64,000 nt of DNA from Candidatus Accumulibacter sp. UBA704 (GCA_002304785.1 DBMG01000053.1:40227-104226); one strand, 5' to 3'; shown: positions 40,496 to 54,117, numbered from the stretch's first letter. Translations and numbers: made by a program. Notes: a model not told the origin generated them from the letters alone.

Positions 40496-42055
40496 ATGAC
40501 TTACCATCGACACAGCGGCATTCTGCTGCATCCCACGTCCCTCCCCGGCCCGCATGGATCCGGAGACCTCGGACCCGCCTCCTTTCATTTCGTCGACTGG
40601 CTGGTAGCCGCCGGCCAAACGCTCTGGCAGATACTTCCGCTCGGCGGTATCGGGCCGGGGAATTCTCCCTACATGAGTCCTTCAGCCTTCGCCGGCAACG
40701 AATTGCTGATCGACCTGGCCCGCCTGCGCAATGCCGGATGGCTGACGGATGCCGATATTGCGCCCGATCCACTGTTCAGGAAGGAACGCATCGATTACCC
40801 GTCGGTAAGGCCTTTCCGCATGTCACGACTGCGTCTTGCCGCAGAACGCTTCTTCGCCGATGCGCGCAAGGATGCCCACAAGGAATTCCTCGCCTTCTGC
40901 AAGGATGAATGCGACTGGCTCGAGGACTATGCCCTGTTCATGGCACTTGACCGGAAACTCGGCCCCTACGGCGCGGTTTGGCAGGATCTGCCTCCGGACC
41001 TCGCCCAACGAAAGACGAAGGCTTTGCGTGAAGCGGCCAGATCGCTGGCGGAAGAATGCAACTTCTGGAAATTCTGCCAATGGTGCTTCGACGAGCAATG
41101 GACAGCCCTCAAGCGCTATGCCAATGATCGCGGAGTTCGCATCGTTGGCGACATGCCCATTTTCGTTTCTGCCCACAGCGCCGACGTATGGGCTCATCAG
41201 CGACTGTTCGATCTGGACGGCAACGGGCGCCCGCGTGTCGTGGCCGGGGTTCCGCCCGACTATTTCAGCGCCACCGGGCAACGCTGGGGCAACCCGCTGT
41301 ACAAATGGGAAGAGCACTCAAGAGATTCGTATCAGTGGTGGGTCGAACGCATGCGCCGAACGTTGAAGCTGTGCGACATCGTGCGTATCGACCACTTCCG
41401 CGGCTTTGAATCCTATTGGGAGATACCCGCGCATGCCCCGACGGCTATCGACGGACAATGGATACCCGGCCCGGGACAGGAATTTTTCACCGAATTGCGC
41501 AAAACGCTCGGGTTGAAGAGCGGCAAGGAGCCGGGCTCTTTCAAGATACTTGCCGAGGATCTCGGAATCATCACCCCCAAAGTCACCGCCTTGCGCAAGG
41601 CCGCCGGATTCCCCGGCATGCGCATCCTGCAATTCGCCTTCGATGGCCACAGCGGCAACCCCTATCTGCCGCACAATTACGAGGCGAACACCGTTGTTTA
41701 CACAGGGACGCACGATAACGACACCACCTGCGGCTGGTGGGGGTCGTTGTCCGAGCAAGAAAAGGACTACATCCGGCGCTATCTGGGGATCGATGGCAAC
41801 ACCATCCACTGGGACATGATTCGCGCGGCATCAGCGTCGGTAGCGGCCGTATCGATCATCCCCATGCAGGATGTATTGGGACTGGATTCGTCGGCGCGCA
41901 TGAATCGGCCGGGCCTCACTGAAGGCTCATGGGAATGGCGATTCTCCTGGGATCAAACCGCCGCATGGCATGCTGAACGCATGGCTGAACTGGGGCGGCT
42001 GCACGGCCGGATCCCGCGTCGCAAGGCCGACGAGAACATTCCATTGGCACATTGA
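40496..42055 (+). CDS. malQ: 4-alpha-glucanotransferase (amylomaltase)
   Basis: HRHSGILLHPTSLPG N-terminus. GH77 motifs (RIDHFRGF, TGTHDNDT). Confidence 0.9.
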   Translation: MTYHRHSGILLHPTSLPGPHGSGDLGPASFHFVDWLVAAGQTLWQILPLGGIGPGNSPYMSPSAFAGNELLIDLARLRNAGWLTDADIAPDPLFRKERIDYPSVRPFRMSRLRLAAERFFADARKDAHKEFLAFCKDECDWLEDYALFMALDRKLGPYGAVWQDLPPDLAQRKTKALREAARSLAEECNFWKFCQWCFDEQWTALKRYANDRGVRIVGDMPIFVSAHSADVWAHQRLFDLDGNGRPRVVAGVPPDYFSATGQRWGNPLYKWEEHSRDSYQWWVERMRRTLKLCDIVRIDHFRGFESYWEIPAHAPTAIDGQWIPGPGQEFFTELRKTLGLKSGKEPGSFKILAEDLGIITPKVTALRKAAGFPGMRILQFAFDGHSGNPYLPHNYEANTVVYTGTHDNDTTCGWWGSLSEQEKDYIRRYLGIDGNTIHWDMIRAASASVAAVSIIPMQDVLGLDSSARMNRPGLTEGSWEWRFSWDQTAAWHAERMAELGRLHGRIPRRKADENIPLAH

Positions 42056-42165
42056 GCGTCAGGTCTCGGCAAGGATGAATCAGGCGAACGGCAGTGATAT
42101 GTAGTAGGATTCGACTGTAGGTCTCCATTTGGGATATTTTTATCCACTTCTTGAAAGGAACGATC

Positions 42166-42552
42166 ATGGCAGAAGCAAGTCCCAAAACTCCCAAGAAGGC
42201 AGCACCGAAAGCGACCAAAGCCGATGCCGCTGGCGCAAAGACCGAAACCAAGAAGGTAGTCGCCAAGGCGGCCCCCAAGAAGGCGGCGCCCGTTGCCGCA
42301 AGCAAGCCGGTTGCCGAGAAGAAACCCGCTGCGGTAAAGAAGCCCGCACCCGCCAAGGCGGCGGCCCCGCGCACGGCCGCCGAGAAGAAAGCTCCTGCAA
42401 GCGCCCGAATCGTTGGTGACGAGCAACGCTATCGCATGATTGCGGAGGCTGCCTACTACCGTGCCGAGAGCTGCCAGTTCAAGAGCGATCCCCTGCGTGA
42501 CTGGATTGAAGCCGAACGGGATATCGCGATCCTGCTCAGGGAAAGCGTGTAA
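42166..42552 (+). CDS. histone H1-like Lys/Ala/Pro-rich protein with C-terminal DUF2934 domain
   Basis: N-terminal KKAAPK/AKKPA repeats over about 85 aa. The C-terminus YRMIAEAAYYRAESCQFKSDPLRDWIEAERDI fits the DUF2934 pattern. AAGGAA RBS before ATG 42166. Confidence 0.7.
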   Translation: MAEASPKTPKKAAPKATKADAAGAKTETKKVVAKAAPKKAAPVAASKPVAEKKPAAVKKPAPAKAAAPRTAAEKKAPASARIVGDEQRYRMIAEAAYYRAESCQFKSDPLRDWIEAERDIAILLRESV

Positions 42553-42612
42553 CGCTGTTGCGCCGTACCGCGGCTTACGTCAAGCAACGACATAGGCACC
42601 CCACATAAGGCA

Positions 42613-42645
42613 AGAGCCCGGATTTCCGGGCTCTGCTCTTTGCTT
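42613..42645. terminator. bidirectional intrinsic terminator between convergent genes
   Basis: AGAGCCCGGA/TCCGGGCTCT stem (42613-42634) followed by a T-rich tract. Lies between the DUF2934 gene (+) and glgA (-). Confidence 0.6.
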
Positions 42646-42666
42646 CTCTGTCGTTCTGGCGCAATC

Positions 42667-44106
42667 TCACAGAGCCCTGTAAAGCTCCTCGTAGTGCATT
42701 GCCGAGTCGTCCCACGAAAAGTCCTGTAGCATGGCTCTTTTCTGCACCTTCAGCCACGCATCCTGATTGCCGTAAAACGCGCAGGCATCCCTGATGCGCG
42801 CGCCAAGCGCGTGGCGCGCGGCGTCATCGAAAATGAACCCGGTCGCCTTGTCGGCAGCCAGACTGTCGTCATTCACATCGACGACCGTATCGGCCAAACC
42901 ACCGACCCGGCGAACGAGCGGCAGCGTTCCATAACGCAGGGCATAGAGTTGGGTCAAGCCGCACGGTTCAAAGCGGGACGGCACCAGCAGGATATCGGCA
43001 CCCGCCATGAAGCGATGCGACATCGACTCGTCGTATCCGATATGAACGGCCACGTTTTCGGGATTGACCGAGGCCGCATAGCGGAAACCGGCCTCGAGAT
43101 CGCCGTCGCCCGTACCGAGCACGATCAGTTGAGCTCCCTCGCGTAGCAGCTCAGGCAAGGATGCCAGTAACAGGTCCATGCCCTTCTGCGAAGTCAACCG
43201 ACTGACAACGGCAAACAGCGGGCCGCGGGCCTCGGTCGACAGACCGAACTCGAGTTGGAGGGCTCGCTTGCAGATCTTTTTCCCTGCCACATCATCCACG
43301 GAATACGGACTGGCAATCCTGGCACTGGCCGGATTCCAGACCGCATAGTCGACACCGTTCAGAATGCCCGATAAGTCGCTGCCCCGGTCCCGCATCACTC
43401 CGTCGAGACCGCAACCGAACTCAGGAGTGCAAATCTCCCGAGCGTAGCTGGGACTCACCGTCGTAATCCGGCTTGAATACACCAGCCCGGCCTTCATGAA
43501 GGAGATCTTGCCGTGGAATTCCAGGCCATGCGGCGTCAACTTGCGCATCGGCAAGCCGAGTTCATGATGGCATTCCATCGGAAACATGCCGCGGAACGCG
43601 AGATTATGAACGGTAAAGACCGTCGGTGTCTTCAGGCCGGGATTCTGAGTAATATACGCTGGGGCCAGGCCGGCGTGCCAGTCGTGGGCATGCACGACGC
43701 CGGGCACCCAAACCGGATCGAGCTCGCCTGAAGCCAGGTGAGCGGCAACCCATCCCAGCAGTCCAAACCGGCGATGGTTGTCACTCCAGTCGTGCCCGTC
43801 GGGACCAACATACGGATTGCCCTCTCTCTGATACAGGAAAGGTGCCTCGATCACATAGGCGTGCAACCCGCTATCCGGCAACTTGCCTAGACTGAGAGTC
43901 ACGACAGCCGCCCCGAACACCGGGCCGATCTGCATGACGGGTTTCAGCCCGACGATCCCGTTGAGAACACCGGGCAGACCAGGCAACAGGACACGCACGT
44001 CCAGCCCGCGCTTGGCGAGCGCCGGCGGCAGCGAGCCGACCACGTCGGCCAGCCCGCCGGTCTTGACCAGAGGAAAGATTTCCGAAGCTACGTGAAGTAT
44101 TCGCAT
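42667..44106 (-). CDS. glgA: glycogen synthase (ADP-glucose type)
   Basis: [24 protein letters not shown]-terminus. 479 aa. Confidence 0.95.
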   Translation of the reverse strand: MRILHVASEIFPLVKTGGLADVVGSLPPALAKRGLDVRVLLPGLPGVLNGIVGLKPVMQIGPVFGAAVVTLSLGKLPDSGLHAYVIEAPFLYQREGNPYVGPDGHDWSDNHRRFGLLGWVAAHLASGELDPVWVPGVVHAHDWHAGLAPAYITQNPGLKTPTVFTVHNLAFRGMFPMECHHELGLPMRKLTPHGLEFHGKISFMKAGLVYSSRITTVSPSYAREICTPEFGCGLDGVMRDRGSDLSGILNGVDYAVWNPASARIASPYSVDDVAGKKICKRALQLEFGLSTEARGPLFAVVSRLTSQKGMDLLLASLPELLREGAQLIVLGTGDGDLEAGFRYAASVNPENVAVHIGYDESMSHRFMAGADILLVPSRFEPCGLTQLYALRYGTLPLVRRVGGLADTVVDVNDDSLAADKATGFIFDDAARHALGARIRDACAFYGNQDAWLKVQKRAMLQDFSWDDSAMHYEELYRAL

Positions 44107-44131
44107 TTATAAGTACTGGGTTAAGTAGGAA

Positions 44132-45403
44132 TCAGCGCAACCGATCGAGCATCTGGCGTGTTACCAGAGTGATGCCGTTATCGGTTCGCCGGAATCGGCG
44201 CGCATCCTCCGAAGGATCCTCCCCAATAACCATTCCCGCAGGAATGCTCACTCCATGATCAACGATGCACCGGTTCAGGCGTGCCCCGCGACCGATATCG
44301 ACATCGGGCAGCAACACCGACCAGTTGACCTTGGCATAGGAATGCACGCGGCAGGACGAGAACAGCAGCGATCGGTTCAGTTCGCCGGAAATAATGCACC
44401 CTCCGGAAACGTTCGATTCGATCGCCACGCCATGGCGATCGATCTGGTTGTGCACGAATTTCGCTGGTGGCAGCTGTTGCTGGTAAGTCCACACCGGCCA
44501 GCCGCGGTCGTAGAGATTCAATGCGGGAACGGTCGCCGTCAGGTCGATGTTGGCTTCCCAATAGGCATCGACAGTCCCGGCATCGCGCCAGTAGTGTTCC
44601 TTGTCCGGCGTTTCATCCGGCGCATGTACGCAGCTGCGATCAAAGGAATGCGCATAGGCGCAGCCATTTCTCACCGCCTGCGGAATGATGTCCTTGCCAA
44701 AATCATGGCTGGACGTCGGATCGGCAATGTCGCGCATCAATTCGTTGTAGAGATATTTCGCGTTGAAGATGTAAATCCCCATGCTGCACAGCGAACTGTC
44801 GGGCTTTCCTGGCATTGGCGGCGGATCAGCAGGCTTTTCCACGAAATCCGTAATCCGGTTGCTACCGTCGACGGCCATGACGCCGAACCCTTTGGCATCC
44901 TTGCGCGGAACTTCAATGCACGCAATCGAGCACTCCGCCCCGCTTTCAACATGATCGACGAGCATGGCCGCGTAGTTCATTTTGTATACGTGGTCGCCAG
45001 CGAGAATCAGGACGTACTGAGGCGAAGGCTGGTAGGTCTCGAGGATATCGATGTTCTGGTACACCGCATCGGCCGTACCGCGATACCAGGACTCCTCGTC
45101 CACGCGCTGCTGCGCGGGCAGCAGATCGACGAACTCGTTGTTCTCGCCACGCAGGAAACCCCATCCACGCTGAATGTGGCGCAACAGGCTGTGCGACTTG
45201 TACTGGGTCACCACACCGATCCGCCGGATGCCGGAATTGACGCAGTTGGACATGGCAAAATCAACGATGCGGTACTTGCCCCCGAAATAGACGGCGGGTT
45301 TCGCGCGGCGATCGGTCAGCTCGTACAGCCGGCTTCCCCGGCCTCCCGCCAGAACCAGCGCAACCGTTCTGCCAGGCAACTGAAAAGTTCTTCTTTCTAT
45401 CAT
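44132..45403 (-). CDS. glgC: glucose-1-phosphate adenylyltransferase
   Basis: [21 protein letters not shown] motif. 423 aa. Confidence 0.95.
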   Translation of the reverse strand: MIERRTFQLPGRTVALVLAGGRGSRLYELTDRRAKPAVYFGGKYRIVDFAMSNCVNSGIRRIGVVTQYKSHSLLRHIQRGWGFLRGENNEFVDLLPAQQRVDEESWYRGTADAVYQNIDILETYQPSPQYVLILAGDHVYKMNYAAMLVDHVESGAECSIACIEVPRKDAKGFGVMAVDGSNRITDFVEKPADPPPMPGKPDSSLCSMGIYIFNAKYLYNELMRDIADPTSSHDFGKDIIPQAVRNGCAYAHSFDRSCVHAPDETPDKEHYWRDAGTVDAYWEANIDLTATVPALNLYDRGWPVWTYQQQLPPAKFVHNQIDRHGVAIESNVSGGCIISGELNRSLLFSSCRVHSYAKVNWSVLLPDVDIGRGARLNRCIVDHGVSIPAGMVIGEDPSEDARRFRRTDNGITLVTRQMLDRLR

Positions 45404-45465
45404 TTTGCCACTCTCCTTTTAATCGCTGATCGAATTCTCACTCTCAACTGACACGGTAGCCGCAA

Positions 45466-47157
<1,692 letters not shown>

Positions 47158-48786
47158 CTATTTCCGACAATAAGCCAACAAAGCCTGTGTCGAACCATCG
47201 AACGCAGAAGCGAGCGCAGGATCATCGAAGGCTGGAAGTATCCTGCTGGCCACCGCCTTGCCGAGTTCCACCCCCCACTGATCGAAAGAATTGATGCCCC
47301 ACACGGCGCCTTGAACAAACACTTTGTGCTCGTAGAGCGCCACCAGGGAACCTAGGGTTCCCGGAGCAAGGGTCTTCAAAAGCAGCGTCGAGGATGGCTG
47401 GTTGCCGGCAAAAACGCGGTGAGGCAATAGATCGGCGACCTCTTCGGGAGCCACTGACTCCTTCTCCATGCTCTCGCGCACCTCGCTTTCGGTCTTGCCA
47501 AAAGCCAGGGCCGAACTCTGGGCGAAGCAATTGGACAGAAGCGCTTCCTGATGTCCAGGCAGCGGATAATCCGAGCGCACCGAAGCGATGAAATCACAGG
47601 GCACAATACGCCCGCCCTGGTGCAGCAACTGGAAGAACGCATGCTGCCCGTTGTTGCCGAGTTCCCCCCAGACGATCGGGCAGGTCGCACAATCCACCGG
47701 GTCTCCGGCGATACTGACAGACTTGCCGTTGCTCTCCATCTCGAGTTGCTGCAGGAAGGAGGGAAGATACTTGAGCGATTCGTTGTAGGGCAGCACCGCG
47801 TTGGTTGTCGCCCCGAGGAAATTCGTGTTCCAGATGCCGATCAACCCCATGATCACCGGCAGGTTCTGCGCGAACGGTGCCGTTCTGAAATGCTCGTCCA
47901 TGCGTTCGGCGCCGCGCAGCATCTCGTCAAAAGCATGCGGTCCGATGGCGATCATCAGCGCCAGGCCAACTGCCGACCATAACGAATAGCGTCCTCCGAC
48001 CCAATCCCATATGGGAAAAACCCGATCCCGCGACACGCCAAACGCCGCGGCCCGCTCGGGTCTGCTGGAGACTGCGGCAAAATGATTGGCGAGATTGACT
48101 TCGTCGCCCAGGTTGCTCTTCAACCAGTTGCGCGCCGTCTCGGCGTTGACCATCGTTTCCTGAGTAGTGAATGTCTTGCTCACGACGATGAACAGCGTTG
48201 TACGCGGATCGAGCGTCTGCAGCAACGGCGCCAGCTGTGCTCCATCCAGGTTCGACACGTAATGCACCCTGAGGGTCGGATGGGCGAATGCACGCAATGC
48301 CTGGTTCATCATCTTCGGTCCGAGATCGGAACCGCCTATGCCGATATTCACGACATCGCGTATTGCCATTCCGTGGTGACCATGACACTTCCCCGCGCGC
48401 AGCAACTCGGCAAATTCTGCCATCCGCTTACGCGTTGCCAGGACATCGGCCATCACATCGAACTGTCCGTTCGGAAATGGCGCAGAAAACCGCCGCAAGG
48501 CCACATGCAGAACAGAACGCCCTTCGCTGACGTTGATACGGTCGCCGGCAAACATGCGCTCGATCCATTCGGGCAAAAACGCCTCACCGGCCAGCTTGAC
48601 CAGCCGGCCGAGCGTTTCCCGGGTCAGACGCTGCTTCGAGAAGTCGTAGAGGATATCGTCAAACGAAAGGCTGAGTGATCCGGCACGTTCCGGGTCGCCG
48701 GCAAAAAGATCGCGAAGATGGGTCTTTTCCATTTCCTGGCGATGAGCACAAAGATCCGCCCATGTCCGCGAGGCCGTAATTGTCAT
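47158..48786 (-). CDS. pgi: glucose-6-phosphate isomerase
   Basis: 542 aa. PGI signatures (IGIGGSDLGP; GVELGK). Confidence 0.95.
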   Translation of the reverse strand: MTITASRTWADLCAHRQEMEKTHLRDLFAGDPERAGSLSLSFDDILYDFSKQRLTRETLGRLVKLAGEAFLPEWIERMFAGDRINVSEGRSVLHVALRRFSAPFPNGQFDVMADVLATRKRMAEFAELLRAGKCHGHHGMAIRDVVNIGIGGSDLGPKMMNQALRAFAHPTLRVHYVSNLDGAQLAPLLQTLDPRTTLFIVVSKTFTTQETMVNAETARNWLKSNLGDEVNLANHFAAVSSRPERAAAFGVSRDRVFPIWDWVGGRYSLWSAVGLALMIAIGPHAFDEMLRGAERMDEHFRTAPFAQNLPVIMGLIGIWNTNFLGATTNAVLPYNESLKYLPSFLQQLEMESNGKSVSIAGDPVDCATCPIVWGELGNNGQHAFFQLLHQGGRIVPCDFIASVRSDYPLPGHQEALLSNCFAQSSALAFGKTESEVRESMEKESVAPEEVADLLPHRVFAGNQPSSTLLLKTLAPGTLGSLVALYEHKVFVQGAVWGINSFDQWGVELGKAVASRILPAFDDPALASAFDGSTQALLAYCRK

Positions 48787-49256
48787 TTTGGCAACCTCCG
48801 ATGTTTTTCTTGATGGTTCTCGGCCAGTGGCTGTAAGCCGCTGAGAATAACGAATCTGAACCTATTCTATGCCTAATGTTCGTCATTCCGCGACTCTTGA
48901 ATCATAAATTTATTTGCGTCAAAATCGCTCGGATTGCATAGCCCTGTCCCCTTCGCAGCGCTCCGGGGAACGCCATAACGGAAGGCAACGCGGCGCCCTC
49001 GCCGCATGCGCCAAAAAGAAGCAGGCGCGGACTGGAAAAATGTGCCGACTTACCGCATAATATCGGTCCCAAATTGGTGATTCAGACCCCCCTGATTCGA
49101 GGGGAATTCGTGCCTCTGTGGTTTGCACTGCAGCCATAAACAACCCGAAAGCTGCGATTTGATTGCCTATCGGCATCCGGCTCCAAGGAATGACCCGGCT
49201 TGCGCCACATGCACGATTGTCATTGTGTTGTCCGGTTTTTTTAACGAGGAAGGTGA

Positions 49257-50261
<1,005 letters not shown>

Positions 50262-50271
50262 CACCGGGCAA

Positions 50272-50298
50272 AAGGGCACTGCAAGGTGCCCTTTTTTT
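50272..50298 (+). terminator. canonical rho-independent terminator/attenuator between gap and pgk
   Basis: AAGGGCAC (50272-50279) pairs with GTGCCCTT (50286-50293) across a 6-nt loop. A run of 7 T ends at 50298. Confidence 0.65.
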
Positions 50299-50327
50299 GT
50301 CTTCAATTCCCGAAAGAGAGCATTGCC

Positions 50328-51497
50328 ATGACTTTCAAGCGTCTTACCGATCTCGACGTGTCCGGCAAGCGGGTGTTCATCCGCGCCGACCTCAATGTCC
50401 CGCAGGACGACAACCTCGCCATCACCGATGACACGCGCATCCGCGCCGCGCTGCCCGGCATCCAGTACGCCCTGTCCAAGGGTGCGGCGGTGATGGTCAC
50501 CTCGCACCTCGGCCGTCCGACCGAAGGCGAATTCAAACCCGAAGACTCGCTCGCCCCGGTCGCCAAGCGCATGTCCGAACTGCTCGGCAAGGAAGTCCGC
50601 CTGGTGCAGAACTGGGTCGACGGCGGCTTCGAAGTGAAGGCCGGCGAAGTCGTCATGCTGGAAAACAGCCGTTGCAACAAGGGCGAGAAGAAGTGCAGCG
50701 ACGAGCTGTCGCAGAAGATGGCCGCCCTGTGCGATGTATGGGTAATGGACGCCTTCGGCACCGCGCACCGCGCCGAAGCCACCACCTACGGCATGGGCAA
50801 GTACGCCAAGATCGCCTGTGCCGGCCCCTGCGTGGCGTCCGAACTCGAAGCATTGACCAAGGCACTGGCCCAGCCGGCCCGTCCGATGGTCGCCATCGTC
50901 GGCGGCTCGAAGGTGTCCACCAAACTGACGGTACTCGAAAGCCTCTCCGCCAAGGTCGACCAACTGGTCGTCGGCGGCGGCATCGCCAACACCTTCCTGC
51001 TGGCCTCCGGCAAGAAGATCGGCAAGTCGCTGGCCGAAAAGGACCTCGTCGATCAGGCCAAGGCCGTGATGGCCAAGGTTCCGGTGCCGCTGCCGACCGA
51101 CGTCGTCTGCGCCAAGGAGTTTTCCGCCACCGCGCCGGCGACGATCAAGAGCGTCGACGACGTGGCCGACGACGACATGATCCTCGACATCGGCCCGCAG
51201 TCCGCCAAGGCGCTGGCCGAGATCATCGCCAAGGCCGGCACGGTGGTGTGGAACGGGCCAGTCGGCGTGTTCGAGATGGATGCGTTCGCCAACGGCACCA
51301 AGGAGCTGGCCAAGGCCGTCGCCGAATCGAAAGCCTTCACCCTCGCGGGTGGCGGCGACACCGTCTCGGCGATCAACGTCTTCAAGATCGAGGACAAGGT
51401 CGGCTATATCTCGACCGCCGGCGGTGCCTTCCTGGAGTTCCTCGAAGGCAAGCGCCTGCCTGCGGTGGATATCCTCGAATCGCGATTCAAGGATTGA
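50328..51497 (+). CDS. pgk: phosphoglycerate kinase
   Basis: RADLNVP, SHLGRP and GGGDT motifs. ATG 50328 ([11 protein letters not shown]). Confidence 0.95.
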   Translation: MTFKRLTDLDVSGKRVFIRADLNVPQDDNLAITDDTRIRAALPGIQYALSKGAAVMVTSHLGRPTEGEFKPEDSLAPVAKRMSELLGKEVRLVQNWVDGGFEVKAGEVVMLENSRCNKGEKKCSDELSQKMAALCDVWVMDAFGTAHRAEATTYGMGKYAKIACAGPCVASELEALTKALAQPARPMVAIVGGSKVSTKLTVLESLSAKVDQLVVGGGIANTFLLASGKKIGKSLAEKDLVDQAKAVMAKVPVPLPTDVVCAKEFSATAPATIKSVDDVADDDMILDIGPQSAKALAEIIAKAGTVVWNGPVGVFEMDAFANGTKELAKAVAESKAFTLAGGGDTVSAINVFKIEDKVGYISTAGGAFLEFLEGKRLPAVDILESRFKD

Positions 51498-51601
51498 TCC
51501 TTGTTCGATGCAGCCCGTCCCGGGTTGCGTCGCTTCGTGACGCGGCACCACTATCGCTTGCAGCGAGAGAGGTGCCGCGACTTCTGGAAGGATTCGCACG
51601 G

Positions 51602-52384
51602 GTGGATGTCCATCTCTATTTCTCGCTTATTCCCGAAGCACTGATCGCCTCCAATCTGCCTCCGGAGAAATTCGGACAGTATTACGCTACAGGCAGCGGA
51701 TACAAGTCCAAAGGCCAATGCCTGTTCTTCGAGATATCCCGCGATTTCCGGAACGAGCATTTCGAAATAGCCACGGCCATCGAGAGATGCCGCCCCACTC
51801 CAAGCGGAACGCCCAAGCATTCGGTGTACCTTTCCGTCTATCGCGTGCTGGAGCATCTGCCCATCGAGGCGCTGGGAAAGCTTTATCTGACCACGTCCTA
51901 CGGGCACACACTGGGACTGGAACGCGGAGAGCTCCCCGAGGAGGGAGAATCCTGCCTGCACTTGTACCAGGACCTCGTTCCCGTCAACAGTCTGGTGGTA
52001 AGCAATCTCGGGCCTAAGACTTACTACGAGAGCGTGACTGTCAAGCCATCGAAATTCATCCGTTTTCCGGGGCTTTTCTTTGTCGAGCTCGAGCTCGGTG
52101 AACTGGCGACCGACCCGGCGAACGGAAAGGCCGAAACGCTGCCTTATCCGTTCGTCGATCATCTGCGCGAGACGCTGATGACGCTAAAACAGCCGTCAGG
52201 GGACAAACCCGGGGGAAAGGAGAGCAAGATGGTACACCGCGTGCATTCGCTCGAGTTTCCGTACAGCATGGTCAAAGGAGGATTCCATGTCGGCAACAGC
52301 TACGACATGGCTTTCTATCCGATGCCATCGCATCGCGAACTCAAGCAACGCCATGACCAATGGTGGCGATCGGCAAACATTTGA
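51602..52384 (+). CDS. hypothetical protein (about 260 aa) inserted between pgk and pyk
   Basis: This is the tail of the 50672..52384 track ORF once the out-of-frame overlap with pgk is removed. GTG 51602 has GGAAGGA 9 nt upstream. Third codon positions remain G/C-biased while overall GC looks lower than in the neighbours. No family recognised. Confidence 0.55.
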   Translation: MDVHLYFSLIPEALIASNLPPEKFGQYYATGSGYKSKGQCLFFEISRDFRNEHFEIATAIERCRPTPSGTPKHSVYLSVYRVLEHLPIEALGKLYLTTSYGHTLGLERGELPEEGESCLHLYQDLVPVNSLVVSNLGPKTYYESVTVKPSKFIRFPGLFFVELELGELATDPANGKAETLPYPFVDHLRETLMTLKQPSGDKPGGKESKMVHRVHSLEFPYSMVKGGFHVGNSYDMAFYPMPSHRELKQRHDQWWRSANI

Positions 52385-52561
52385 CAGTCTGTCGGAAGTG
52401 ACTCTCCGAACCGACGGACACCGGACGCGAAACTCAACGTTGCTTCAAAGCAGAATTTCAGCGCAAGAATCGGAAACGTTCATTATTACTCAACACAATT
52501 GCTCGATACTCATGCCGAACGATTGCCGAGCAAACCACTTAAACGACAATAAGGATCTCAC

Positions 52562-54001
52562 ATGGCCCGCCATACAAAAATAGTTGCCACTCTCGGCCCC
52601 GCCTCCAAAGACCCGCAGATCCTCGAGACATTGATTCGCACCGGGGTCGATGTCGTACGGCTCAATTTCTCGCACGGAAAGGCGGAAGACCATATTCAGC
52701 TGGCCGCGGAAGTCCGGCGAATCGCCGCCCGCGTCGGCCGTCCGATCGGCATTCTCGCCGACCTGCAGGGCCCGAAGATCCGTATCGGAAAATTCGAGGA
52801 AGGCAAGATTCACCTGGAAACGGGCGACCTTCTGATTCTCGACGCAAAGTGCGAACTCGGCAACCAGGAACGCGTCGGCCTCGACTACAAGGATTTGCCC
52901 GGTGATGTCAGCGCCGGGAACATTCTGCTGCTTGATGACGGTCGCATTGTCTTGGAAGTCGAGCAAGTCGTCGGCCACGAGATATTCACGGTCGTGCGCC
53001 ATGGCGGAATCCTGTCCAACAACAAGGGCATCAACCGCCAGGGCGGGGGGCTTTCGGCTCCCGCGCTGACCGCCAAGGACATGGACGACATCAAGACCGC
53101 GGCGCAGATCGGCGCCGACTTCCTGGCCATTTCCTTTCCCAAGAGCGCCTCCGACATGTACATGGCGCGCCAGTTGATGCTCGCCGCTGGCGGGCGCTCC
53201 CTGACCATCGCCAAGATCGAGCGTGTCGAAGCCGTTGCCGCTCTCGAAGAAATCCTCGACGCATCCGACGGCCTGATGGTGGCGCGCGGCGATCTCGCCG
53301 TGGAAGTCGGCGACGCGGCCGTTCCCGCCTTGCAGAAGCGGATGATTCGCATGGCCCGTGAAAAGAACAAGCTGGCGATCACCGCCACTCAGATGATGGA
53401 GTCGATGACCCATTCTCCGACACCCACGCGAGCAGAGGTTTCGGACGTGGCCAATGCCGTGCTGGACGGTACCGACGCCGTCATGCTTTCCGGGGAAACG
53501 GCAGCAGGCGAATTTCCGGTCGAAACGGTCGAAGCCATGGCGCGCATTTGCGAGGAAGCGGAAAAATCCCAGCCGATCACACTCGATCGCGGATTCCTCG
53601 ACCGCACGTTCACCCGCATCGATCAGTCGATTGCCATGGCCTCGCTCTTCGCGGCCTATCACCTCAACGTCAAGGCGGTTGCCGCCCTGACGACCACGGG
53701 CTCGACCGCCTTGTGGATGAGCCGCCTCAATTGCGGAATCCCCATCTTCGGACTGACTGAGGAACCTGCCGCACAATCGCGTATGACCCTGTTCCGCGAA
53801 GTGTTTCCCCTGCTCATGACCGACATGAACAATGACCGGGACATTCTGCGCCGCAACGCCGAGGAACGACTGTTGCAGGCCGGAGTGGTCGCCAAGGGCG
53901 ACCTCATCGTCCTGTCCTATGGCGACAAGATGGGCCAGAGCGGAGGAACCAATACGATGACCATCGTCCGGGTCGGAGATCTGGCGGCCACCAAACGATG
54001 A
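52562..54001 (+). CDS. pyk: pyruvate kinase
   Basis: TKIVATLGP, MVARGDLAVE. 479 aa. Confidence 0.95.
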   Translation: MARHTKIVATLGPASKDPQILETLIRTGVDVVRLNFSHGKAEDHIQLAAEVRRIAARVGRPIGILADLQGPKIRIGKFEEGKIHLETGDLLILDAKCELGNQERVGLDYKDLPGDVSAGNILLLDDGRIVLEVEQVVGHEIFTVVRHGGILSNNKGINRQGGGLSAPALTAKDMDDIKTAAQIGADFLAISFPKSASDMYMARQLMLAAGGRSLTIAKIERVEAVAALEEILDASDGLMVARGDLAVEVGDAAVPALQKRMIRMAREKNKLAITATQMMESMTHSPTPTRAEVSDVANAVLDGTDAVMLSGETAAGEFPVETVEAMARICEEAEKSQPITLDRGFLDRTFTRIDQSIAMASLFAAYHLNVKAVAALTTTGSTALWMSRLNCGIPIFGLTEEPAAQSRMTLFREVFPLLMTDMNNDRDILRRNAEERLLQAGVVAKGDLIVLSYGDKMGQSGGTNTMTIVRVGDLAATKR

Positions 54002-54117
54002 CGCGTTGAGTCGTCGCGGACTGTTGGCTAAGATGGTTCGAAGGACGGGTCCGTATCAAGCGAAAGGCGGACTCTCCCTTCGCCACAACTGTTTTTCATA
54101 ACCGGAAGGAGAAATCG

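Noticed and set aside
51551-52162. 203-aa minus-strand ORF competing with the pgk-pyk hypothetical gene
   Set aside because: The plus-strand frame has G/C-biased third codon positions, a plausible SD plus GTG start, and co-orientation with the operon. The minus frame has none of these.
50672-52384. A single 570-aa protein, as listed in the ORF track
   Set aside because: The first 930 nt or so are an alternative frame of pgk (Arg/Gly/Pro-rich nonsense). Only the part downstream of the pgk stop looks like genuine coding sequence, and that part is re-called as 51602..52384.
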